Assembly (NCBI RefSeq): GCF_004010195.1
Contig: NC_057720.1
Coordinates: 9,556,244 to 9,614,605 of the forward strand
Reading direction: 5' to 3'
Source of the DNA: Chiloscyllium plagiosum
Lineage: Eukaryota
Length of the DNA stretch: 58,362 bases
The position numbers were made by a program, and so were the translations under genes. Numbering within the stretch: the stretch's first letter is position 1; every line of letters begins with the position of its first letter. The notes under the pieces were generated by a model. The model was given only the letters and a program-made list of their open reading frames with translations, did not search any database and was not told where the DNA came from. Below, piece by piece: positions 48,561-58,362 of the stretch.

Positions 48561-49274
48561 AAGAAGTCTGTCTGTATCGTGTATGTTTCAGTAATATCAT
48601 TTCTCATGCCCTCTAATGAGTCTGGACTTGGATGTTCTTTGTATCAAATACTTTAGTTTCAAAATGACCCCTTTTAGCTTAGAATTGCAGTGTGCAACAT
48701 CTCCCATTAAAATAGCAGCCAAAAAAATGAAATGCCGACCATTTAGAAAGGTGATTAATGGTCCTGGAAATCCGAACAGCTTTGCATGTTTGTTTCTTTT
48801 ATCGCAGGGAATGAAATTTTAAATGGCACTGTGTGAGACTCATGTTGTAAAAGCAGCTCCCACAGCTCAGTTGCTGTGTCTGTTTATATTGTGGATTGAG
48901 TGCTCCAGCAGAGAGAAAGGAGAGAGAAACAGTTTCCATTGATAGAAGATTGGTAACCAGAGGGCACAGACAGAAGATAATTGGCGCATGCCAGGAATGC
49001 AATTTGACAAATTCTACATTGCCGCCTGCTGATTCCCCAGCCGTTGAGATTAACATTAAGTATTGTCAGGAGGTGATAATACATGATTTCCCAGAGTGTG
49101 CTCTTTGTATGAACTCAGCACATAAATCCAAACTCTTGTCTGCTGTACCCAAGTCAGCCTCTGGAATGAGATGTTCATCTGTCTTTCAGGAAAGTTGGTA
49201 AAGCTCTTCACATGAAACATGCTGATGAAGTGGCAGAGTTAGACTTTGAGAAGAACTGGTTAAGGCAGAGGTGT

Positions 49275-49472
49275 CACCCACAAAAAGCAGGGCAAATCCA
49301 ACCTGCTCAATTATTACCTCATCAGTCTCCATTCGATCAATCGCCCAGTGATGGAAGGAGTCGTCGACAGTGCTATCGAGCAGCAGCTTCTCAACAATAA
49401 CCTGCTCAGCCACGCTCTGATTGGGTCCCACCAAGGCCACTCAGCTCCTGACCTCATTACAGCCTCGGTCAA
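49275..49472 (+). mobile_element. CR1-group LINE RT N-terminal fragment (second family)
   Basis: NPAQ-Y-ISL..MEGVVDSAI..NNLL..GHSAPDLITA. Confidence 0.65.
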
Positions 49473-49784
49473 AAAACACTGAGGTAAGACTGAAGTCAGG
49501 AAGGGAGGGGAGAATTGTTGAGCAATGTTTCAGAAAGGGTTAATGTCATAGACTGCATTAAGTTCCATTAAGTCTGACAATACCAGAAAGGCTTGAGCTG
49601 CATCTTCTTAAGACAAGAGTCTTTTCTGTTTAAGACCCAGTAACGGTTGATGCAGTTCCATTGTATATGAACTCAGCCCTTGGACCTAGTCAAGGGAAAG
49701 AAGATTCAAAGTATCATTGAAGACACCCCATGCAGAAATAGGCCATTTAGCCCATCATGTCTGCACCTGAAGAGCACCCCATGG

Positions 49785-50228
49785 TGCACCTGATGAAGGA
49801 GCAGCGCTCCTAAAGCTTGTGATACTAAATACACCTGTTGGACTGTAACCTGGTGTTGTGTGGCTTCTGACTTTGTCCACCCCAGCCCAACACGGGCACC
49901 TCCACATCATGGCATTGTCAGCGGTGTTGTCTTTCAAGTAAGACGTTAAACTGCAAGACCCGTCTACTTTCTTAGGTCACCGGGCAACTTTCCGAAGAAG
50001 AGCAATTGACTTATCTCTCGTATCTTGGATAATATTCATCCCTCGTGCAACATCATTTAAAAGCAGATAATCTCAACATTGTCAATGTGGGAGCTTGCTG
50101 CGCACCAATTGACTGCTACATTTTTCAACACCACAATAGTAACTCCACATTAGGAAAGCTTCATTGACTGTAATTTTGGATGACCTGACGTTGTGAATGG
50201 CTCTAAATAAATGACAGTCCTTTTTTTT
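49785..50228 (+). mobile_element. PLE family 2 terminus (49785-49911) followed by Deu-domain SINE body and tail
   Basis: cacctgatgaaggagcagcgctcc; ggtgttgtctttcaagtaagacgttaaac..gaagaagagca..gggagcttgctgcgc. Confidence 0.75.
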
Positions 50229-50343
50229 CGATCTCAATGTCAATGCACTCAGCCATTATTGACCCTCTGATTTGAAAAATGCAATATTGAGTATTTTTGC
50301 TCAATTCAGCACAAACTGTGTGTCTACCAACAGTACATGGACT

Positions 50344-51113
50344 GCATAGGGCAAACTGCATTACAAAACTACAAACACTGAGATTTCAATAAGGCAAGAA
50401 TGCAAATTTGTGATGTGCTTCACGCCTATCGACTGATTAATCTTGAGTTCAAGAAGGTAGCTCACTAACCACCTTCTCAAGGGCAGTTAGGGACGGGCAA
50501 TAAATACTGGCCCAGCCAGCGATGCTCATGTCCCTCAAGAGGAGACAAAGAAATAATCCATTAGATTCCCTCCAGTAGGGAAGCAAGCCCTTTGGCCCAA
50601 CACATCCATCCCAACCCTCCAAAGGGTAACCCACCCAGACCCATTTCCCTCTGACTAATGCAGGTAATTTAGCAAGGCCAATTCACCTGACCCCCACCTC
50701 TTTGGATTGTGGGAGGAAATCCACATAGACACGGGGGGAATGTGCAAACTCTACACAGATAGTTGCCCAAGGCAGGGATCAAACCCAGGTCCCTGGTGCT
50801 GTGAGACAACAGTGCTAACCACTGAGCCACCGTGCCACCCTTAACCAGTCAGCTGTTAACAAGAAAGAGCTTTACATAAGTATTTTAGACTTGAGGAGGC
50901 TCAAGAGGGAACTGGTAGTGAGCTGCAAGTTCGTTTATTTAATTCTCTGCAAAATACATCACTTTATGTAAGTAACTTTGATTGGAAAGAATTTAGTCAT
51001 AGAGACACACTCAAGATTAATCGATCGATAGGCGTGGAGCACATCACAAATTTGCATTCTTGTCTTATTAAAATCTCAGTGCCTGTAGTTTTGTAATTCC
51101 GTTTGGCCTATGC
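50344..51113. repeat. ~105-bp inverted repeat pair (50344-50448 / 51009-51113)
   Basis: Arms align with ~10 mismatches by eye; loop holds LINE tail 50449-50545 and V-SINE. Confidence 0.9.
50558..50842 (-). mobile_element. HE1-like V-SINE
   Basis: Head, V-domain, tail. Confidence 0.88.
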
Positions 51114-51354
51114 TCATTTTCTGGGTTATTTTAATAATACATGTGCACTGTCCCACTGTGCAAGTTAACTCATGCAAAAATGCACATCGAAAAGACCATA
51201 AATAAATTTGCCAATAAAAATTATAAATGTGCATTAGGTACAATCAAGAACAGAGGGAATAAAACATGGGTAAGATGTCTTGGTCCATTGAAACTTATCC
51301 ATCTAGCACATTATACACGTACGTGATTCAGAGGGGATTAAACAAAATATTGCG

Positions 51355-52180
51355 TGAAATTCTGGTCTCCTTCCTATCAGAAGGATGTTGTGGAACTTGA
51401 AAGGGTTCAGAAAAGATTTACAAGGATGTTGTCAGGGTTGGAGGATTTGAGCTATAGGGAGAGGTTAAATAGGTTGGGGCTGTTTTCCCTGGAGCGTGAA
51501 AGGCTGAGGGGTGACCTCATAGAGGTTTATTAAATCATGAGGGGCATGGATAGGGTAAATAGGGAAAGTCCTTTCCCTGGGGTCAGGGAGTCAAGAACTA
51601 GAGGGTATAGGTTTAGGGTGAGAGGGGAAAGATATAAAAGAGACCTACTTTTTCACACAGAGGATGGTATGTGTATGGAATGAGCTGCCAGAGAAAGTGG
51701 TGGAGGCTGGTACAATTGCAACATTTAAAAGGCATCTGAATAGGAAGGGTTTAGATTAGATTAGGTTCCCTACAGCGTGGAAACAGGCCCTTCAGCTCAA
51801 CCGTCCACACCGACCCGCCGAAGAGTAACCCACCCAGACCCATTTCCTGCTGACTAACACATCTAACACGATGGGCAATTTAGTATGGCCAATTCACCTG
51901 ACCTGCACATCCTTGGATTGTGGGAGAAAACCAGAGCTCCCAAACAAAACCCGCACAGGCACAGGGAGAATGTGCAAACTCCACACAGACAGTCGCCTGA
52001 GGCTAGTATCAAACCTGGGACCCTGGTGCTGTGAGGCAGCAGTGCTAGCCACCATACCGTCCTGAAATGGACTTAAGCCAAGTGCTGACAAAAGGGACTA
52101 GATTAGGTTAGGATATCTGGTCGGCATGGATGAGTTGGATTGAAGGATCTGTTTCTGTGCTGTACATCTCTATGACTCTG
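51355..52180 (+). mobile_element. CR1 3' fragment containing antisense V-SINE 51753-52062
   Basis: ttctggtctccttcctatcagaaggatgttg..ctctatgactc. Confidence 0.9.
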
Positions 52181-52211
52181 ACAGGATAGAACTGGAAATG
52201 TTGTTTCCCTT

Positions 52212-52389
52212 TAGACAATAGACGATAGACAATAGGTGCAGGAGTAGGCCATTCTGCCCTTCGAGCCTGCACCACCATTCAATATGATCATGGCTGATCA
52301 TCCTTAATCAGTATCCTGTTCCTGCCTTATCTCCATAACCCTTGATTCCATTATCCTTGAGAGCTCTATCCAACTCTTTCTTAAATGAA
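52212..52389 (-). mobile_element. Young CR1 3' end running into assembly gap
   Basis: (agacaat)n tail then ggtgcaggagtaggccattctgcccttcgagcc. Confidence 0.85.
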
Positions 52390-53018
52390 NNNNNNNNNNN
52401 NNNNNNNNNNNNNNNNNNNNNNNNNNNNNNNNNNNNNNNNNNNNNNNNNNNNNNNNNNNNNNNNNNNNNNNNNNNNNNNNNNNNNNNNNNNNNNNNNNNN
52501 NNNNNNNNNNNNNNNNNNNNNNNNNNNNNNNNNNNNNNNNNNNNNNNNNNNNNNNNNNNNNNNNNNNNNNNNNNNNNNNNNNNNNNNNNNNNNNNNNNNN
52601 NNNNNNNNNNNNNNNNNNNNNNNNNNNNNNNNNNNNNNNNNNNNNNNNNNNNNNNNNNNNNNNNNNNNNNNNNNNNNNNNNNNNNNNNNNNNNNNNNNNN
52701 NNNNNNNNNNNNNNNNNNNNNNNNNNNNNNNNNNNNNNNNNNNNNNNNNNNNNNNNNNNNNNNNNNNNNNNNNNNNNNNNNNNNNNNNNNNNNNNNNNNN
52801 NNNNNNNNNNNNNNNNNNNNNNNNNNNNNNNNNNNNNNNNNNNNNNNNNNNNNNNNNNNNNNNNNNNNNNNNNNNNNNNNNNNNNNNNNNNNNNNNNNNN
52901 NNNNNNNNNNNNNNNNNNNNNNNNNNNNNNNNNNNNNNNNNNNNNNNNNNNNNNNNNNNNNNNNNNNNNNNNNNNNNNNNNNNNNNNNNNNNNNNNNNNN
53001 NNNNNNNNNNNNNNNNNN
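52390..53018. other. Assembly gap (629 N)
   Basis: Run of n. Confidence 1.
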
Positions 53019-53089
53019 CCTGCAATTCCGAAATGGAGCCGTTTATCACTCGTCTTTGTTTCCTTTGTGGAAGTATCTAACACCACAAG

Positions 53090-53375
53090 GCATAATCTCA
53101 GAACAAGAAGTCGCATATTAAAGACTGAGGAGGAAGTTATTCTCTCAAGAGGGTCGTACATCTGTGGAATTCTTAGCCACAAAGGACTCTCAATATTGGC
53201 TTATTTGTTTCTTCAAGGCTGAAATTGACAGATTTTTAGTCAGCAAGGGAATCAAGGGTTATGGGGAAAAGGCAGGAAAATGGAGTTGAGGACTGTTCAG
53301 TCAGCCATGACCTCAGTGAAGGGCAGAGCAGACTCGATGGGCCGAATGGCCTACTTCTGATCCTACATCTTGTGG
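53090..53375 (+). mobile_element. CR1 3' fragment
   Basis: gaggaggaagttattctctcaagagg..gggccgaatggcctacttctg. Confidence 0.8.
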
Positions 53376-54041
53376 ACGTTGAACGGCTGCCCAGTCTGAC
53401 CAATGTGTTTCCTCCATTGTTTTGCTTGTTAGATTAGGCCAACCATTTCTCACTTTCTAGTGACTACAGGCGTCCCTGCCTTCAGTTTTAATTTAACATT
53501 AGTACACTTTCAGTTTCTTGCCCTACTTTGCAGTCCTAGTCTGGGTGCACCTTCTCAAGATATAGTTTCTATATCAGCAGCTTAATTCCTGTAATCCTTC
53601 AGGTCCTTCTTAACATGAGAGAAGAATAGGTAAAGGCTGCATTAAGTGTAGCTGGCAAATGATGAGACGGGCTCGAGAGAATTGAATTGTCACAGCTTAT
53701 GGTACTCACAATGATGTACAGCATTAATAGGATCATCTTTTTACAACTCTCTAAATGTGGGCACAATACGATGCCCAAAGAGTTGACAGTGAACAGGAGA
53801 GAGAAAGGAGGAAATGAAAACAGATCTTTTCCTTTCTTTCTCCTGTTCACTGCCAACAGACAACTTTTTTCCCACTTCATTAGCTGAATCAGCACTTATT
53901 GTCTGTCCCGGTTTGCTCTGATGACGGTGGTAGTGAGCTGCATTCTTGACTCTCCACAGTGTAGTTATACCCAGACTGCTATTACAAAGGGAGTTTTAGG
54001 GACTGTGACCCAGTGACAGTGAGGAAACAGTGGCTACATTT

Positions 54042-54863
54042 TGTTATGGACCAGGCCTAACTCCCTCAAAGTGTTTCAAGGAAGTGGTCCAGATCTTCAC
54101 TTTGCTAGTTGTTTTAAGCAGGTGTATAGTGGATATTCCAGGAGGGATGCAGCTGGCCCAACCACTTAGTTTTAAACAAAACAAAATGTATTTGCAAGAT
54201 TACTGAATGAAGCACAAACAAAAGAGAACAAAATCCAAAACCCCAATAGATCTTCCCAACTTAATGTTGCAAATATTTGCAACAATCCCCATAAACTCCC
54301 CTTGACACAAAAGGTAAAATCAAACACAGTGTCTTACAGGAGAGATGTCAGAGAGCGAGTACCAGCATGGACCTGCTTCTTTGGGTCCAGCAGCTTCAGA
54401 AGACTACTGTGCTAAAACCAAACCAGAGAAAAGCTGAGCTGGGAAACTGGCCACTCCCCTTTCATTGTGCAAGTGTGTTAGTTTAAAAACTTGGAAACCT
54501 TTTTCTGAGGCAGTATCTGTCAGCTATAATCAAACTGGGCGTACGTGAGGACTGCAAGTGCTGGAGATCAGAGTCTAGATTAGAATGCTGCTGGAAAAGC
54601 ACAGTAAGTCAGGCAGCATCTGAGGAGCATGAAAATTGACGTTTCGGGGTTCCTGATGACGGGCATTTGCCCAAAACGTCAATTTTCCTGATCCTCGGAT
54701 GCTACCTGACCTGTTGCGCTTTTCCAGCACCACTCTAACCTAGACTATAACCAAACTGGCCCTAAAACACTTCAATGTTTCAGAGTCTGTGACTTTTACG
54801 ACCCCTCTGAAAACAAAAGAACCAAGGACAACATAAACTTGTTAAAGGAGCAGCATCATCACT
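54042..54863. mobile_element. Probable solo LTR (4-bp TSD, Gypsy-like)
   Basis: Begins TGtta, ends catcact (decayed ..CA); TSD attt at 54038-54041 and 54864-54867; host LINE rejoins exactly. Confidence 0.65.
54541..54744. mobile_element. Palindromic PLE mini-element with ~15-bp TSD
   Basis: ctataatcaaactgg 54524-54538 / ctataaccaaactgg 54745-54759. Confidence 0.88.
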
Positions 54864-55279
54864 ATTTCCAAGCCAGGATGGTGAGTGGTTTGGCAGGGAC
54901 TTGCAGGGGATGGTGTTCCATGTATCTGCTGCTCTTGCCCTTTCAGGTAGTAGATGTCACAGCTTTGGAAGGTGATGTTGAAGGAGCCTTGTTGAGTTGC
55001 TGCAGTTGATCTTGCAGATGGTACCCTGCTATGTTAACTATTGAAAGGAGTGAATGTTGAAGGTGCCGGATGGAGCGCTAATCACCTTGTTCTGGATGAT
55101 GTCAAGTTTTTTGAGGGTTGTTGGAGCTGTACCCATCCAGGAGAGTGTGGATTATTCCACTAAATTCCCGACTCGGGCCCTGTAGGTGACGACAAACAGT
55201 CGGGAGACAGGAGGTCAGTTATTTGCCGCACAATTCCAAGATTATCAGCCCATAGATAATGAGGACACAACATGAGCAG

Positions 55280-55778
55280 ATCATAAGATGATCAGATACA
55301 GGCGTAGAATGAGGCCGTTTGGCCCAGTAAGCATGCTCCCCCATTCGATCATGGCTGATATGCCTCTCAATCCCATTCTCCTGCCTTATCCCCATAGCAT
55401 TTGATCCTCTTCTGTGCCACTGACTTCCACAGATTCACCACCCTATAGATGAAAAAATTCTTCCTCATCTCAGTTCTAAAGGATGGTCTCTTCATTCTGA
55501 GGCTGTGCCCTCAGGTCCTGATCTCTCCTTCTCTATGTCCACTCTATCTAGGCCTCTCAGTATTCAGTAAGTTTCAATCAGACCTTCCCCCACTTTTCTA
55601 AACTCTTTTGAGTATGGATTGAGAATCCTCAACTGCTCCTCATATGACAAACCCCTTCATCCCCAGGATCATTCTTGTAAAGCTCCTCTGGACACCATCC
55701 TGTGACAGAAATGAGGCCCAAAAATGTTCAAAATATTCCAAATGTGGTCTGTATGGAGCATTATATAGTCTCACCAGT
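55280..55778 (-). mobile_element. CR1 3' fragment
   Basis: cataagat..aggccgtttggccc..gatcatggctgat; aaaaaattcttcctcatctc. Confidence 0.8.
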
Positions 55779-55784
55779 GCATTA

Positions 55785-56105
55785 CAGAATCCCTACAGTG
55801 TGGAAAGATGCCATTCAGCCCATCAAGTCTGAACTGATCCTTCAGAGAGCACCCCACCTTATCCCTGCCTTTGCCATGGCTGACTCACACAGTCTGCACA
55901 TTCCTGGTCACAATGGGCTCATTTAACATGGCCAACTCAGCTAACCTGCACATCTTCAGATGGTGGGTGGAAATCAGAGCACCCAGCAGAAACCCATAGG
56001 GGGAAAGGGTGAACGTCACACAGACGGTCACCCAAGGCTGGAATTGAACACAGGTCCCTGGCATTGTGAGGCAACAGTGCTAACCATTTAGCCACCATGC
56101 CACCC
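55785..56105 (-). mobile_element. HE1-like V-SINE (diverged)
   Basis: Head gtgctaaccatttagccaccatgccaccc on plus strand. Confidence 0.82.
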
Positions 56106-57189
56106 CCATTGTTTCAGCTGGGCTCCGAGAGAAAGGATTCCAGAGGATGGCAATAATGAGCAATGAGTGCCACACTACTGTTTAGAATATCCAGACCATA
56201 ACACCATTACTTCTCTTCTAAATCTAATCCTGTCTTTACTGTCAATTTAATTTTCTTTTATGGTTGAGAACTATTGTTCCTTTCTTCACCAGTACAACAG
56301 TTCAGGTACTGATGCCATGTGGGATAATTACATAATGTAACATACATGTTGGAATCATGTGATGAATTTTACAAAAGAATCTAGCCAGAGGTCAAAGCCT
56401 TTCCAAAGCTGTGACTTGTGACATTTCCTTGACGTCTTCTTCAGTCAGGTACAAAAGCAAGGAACATGATCTCAAGAATTGTCTCTCACTCAGTTGGCCT
56501 TGTTCAGTCACACACGTGAACAAAAACAAAGTTACTTCACAGGTCATAGTTTGCTGTGACTGAATCCAGCGTTCAGCTCAGCAGTGACACAAGTTCAATT
56601 CATTTCAGTTGTTGGAGCAGATGACATGTTGCTCTCGGTGTCCTTTCTCTCACTGAATTGTATCATCCCGAAGAGGCAGGTGAAAACTGTTGTGAAGTCC
56701 AACCTACAATTTTGGCAGTGGAAAGATGCAATTCATTCTGTGTCTGAATGTTTGCTCAGCAGTCCTGACTAATGGTGGATGCATGCAGGTAGCTAAGGGT
56801 AAGTGACCATCATGCCATCTACTTCCTGCTCTCACTTCAATCCCGTCACAGAAACCCCACCACCCAGAAGTCAGTCCGCTTGACAGGTTTTGGCTCCCAA
56901 GCTGGTGAGAGAACTCTGCAAAGGAGACCACAAGTATGTGTACAAACACAGTGCAGGCAATGGACAGTTTGTGGGGTTGATCCTGTGATCATGGGAAAAG
57001 GGTTTACCATCCCTTAATGTGGGGAGTGGATCTCTAGAATTTAGAAGCTAAAGGATTGATCAAGATATTAACAGGAAAAGACAAGGTAGATAAAGTAGGG
57101 CCAGGAGAAATGTCAGGAAGCATGAAAAAATTGCCCCTTACATCCGTTTTAAATCTTTCTCCTACTTGATTGGTGCTACATCTACTTTC

Positions 57190-57560
57190 TGACACTCAGT
57201 AGCAGCAGTGTGTGCTATCTACAAGATGCACTGCAGAAATGCACCAAATATCCTTTGACAGCTCATTCCAAACTCACAACTACTTCCATCTGGAAGGACA
57301 AGGGCAGAAGATAGATGGGAACACCACCTCCTGCACGTTACCCTCCAAGTCCCTCACCATCGACACTTGGGAATGTGTTGCCATTCTTTCACTGTGGTTG
57401 TGTCAAAATCCTGGTATTTCCTCCCCAGAGGCATTGTGGGTCTACCCACAGCTCATGGACTGCAGCAAGTCAAGAAGACAGCTCACCCCCACCTTCTCAA
57501 GGGGTAACTCCATTGGCTAGACAGCGGCGCCCACATCCCACAAGTGAATACAAAAAAAAT
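57190..57560 (+). mobile_element. CR1-group LINE 3' end (second family; tail shared with SINE B)
   Basis: HSVAAVCAIYKMHC; caagaagacagctcacccccaccttctcaaggg..gcgcccacatcccacaagtgaat. Confidence 0.75.
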
Positions 57561-57884
57561 CCAGTGACGTTATCTGTAATCTCTGAGCTAAAGTTGGAAG
57601 ATATGTTTTCAATCTCCAACTCATCAATAATTCTGATAGTGTGAATCCATTCTGGTGCAATGATGATCTGAAGTTTAATATTGTATGATTTATCTTTTAT
57701 TCTTTTTCAATTTGTTCTGATTGGACAACTTCTCATTTGACTGTTCCATTTGCTCAAGGATAGTGGAGTGAAGTTGTGAAATGTGAAGTTATATTGACAT
57801 GTAAATCTCTTCAGCTGATGCCCACCTTAGTTTGTCAGTCTTTCCCAAGGTTGCCATGAGGATGGCGTGTAACTGTTAGTCGCC

Positions 57885-58200
57885 CCAGTTGGAGTTGGTT
57901 AGCACAGTTACTGAGGCTGATGCAGAGTGATGCCAATAGTGTGGGTTCAATACGCACACCAGCTGAGGTCACCTACCTTCTTAACCTCACTCCTCATCTG
58001 ATTTGTGCTGACCCTCGCCACACTTAAGAGTCACAGTGTCACAGGGATGGACAGTACAGAAACAAACCCTTCAGTCCATTTCGTCTATGCCAACCAGATA
58101 TCCCAACCTAATCTAGTCCCATTTGCCAGCACTTGGCCCTTATCATTCTAAATCCTTCCTATTCATTGAGTCATAGAGTCATTGAGATGTATAGCATGGG
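57885..58200. mobile_element. SINE family C (+, 57885-58020) and CR1 tails (-, 58028-58200)
   Basis: gatgcagagtgatgccaatagtgtgggttcaat; agagtcacag..ccagatatcccaacctaatctagtccc. Confidence 0.7.
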
Positions 58201-58362
58201 AACTGCCCGGTTCTACCTCCTTCCCAAGATCCACAAGCCTGACCACCCTGGCCGACCCATTGTCTCAGCATGCTCCTGCCCCACTGAACTCATCTCTACC
58301 TACCTCGACACTGTCCTATTCCCCCCTAGTCCAGGAACTCCCCACATACGTTCGAGACACCA
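58201..58362 (+). mobile_element. PLE reverse transcriptase fragment running off the window
   Basis: [36 protein letters not shown], then +1 frameshift to [11 protein letters not shown]. Confidence 0.92.

Larger units (their letters stand above)
53920..55245 (-). mobile_element. CR1-group LINE (second family) fragment split by solo LTR
   Basis: gacccagtgacagtgaggaaac..attt | attt ccaagccaggatggtgagtgg; same family as 57190-57560. Confidence 0.7.

Noticed and set aside
52304..53182. Four long ORFs
   Set aside because: Artefacts of translating the N gap.

Overview
Repeat-dense eukaryotic DNA, almost certainly intronic or intergenic sequence from a cartilaginous fish (shark-type HE1-like V-SINEs, CR1 LINEs, Deu-domain SINEs); the taxon is inferred from repeat content only. 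No intact host protein-coding gene is recognisable, and nearly all ORFs in the track are fragments or antisense read-throughs of retroelements. Contents: many CR1 fragments; 11 V-SINEs; two further tRNA-derived SINE families; Penelope-like element (PLE) fragments with RT and GIY-YIG remnants; more than 25 short PLE-terminus copies from at least three families; single Tx1, Rex1/Babar and RTE fragments; a solo LTR; two minisatellites (45 bp and 21 bp); and two N gaps. Most interesting signals: (1) minimal hammerhead-ribozyme motifs in three PLE families with compensatory stem changes, often as head-to-head palindromic mini-elements with 10-42 bp target duplications, and with two copy types starting at the predicted cleavage site; (2) a candidate VNTR-carrying non-autonomous retroelement family with a Rex1/Babar-type tail; (3) an ~105 bp inverted-repeat pair and a 76-nt pre-miRNA-sized hairpin in unique sequence. 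Boundaries were read by eye and are approximate unless a TSD is quoted.
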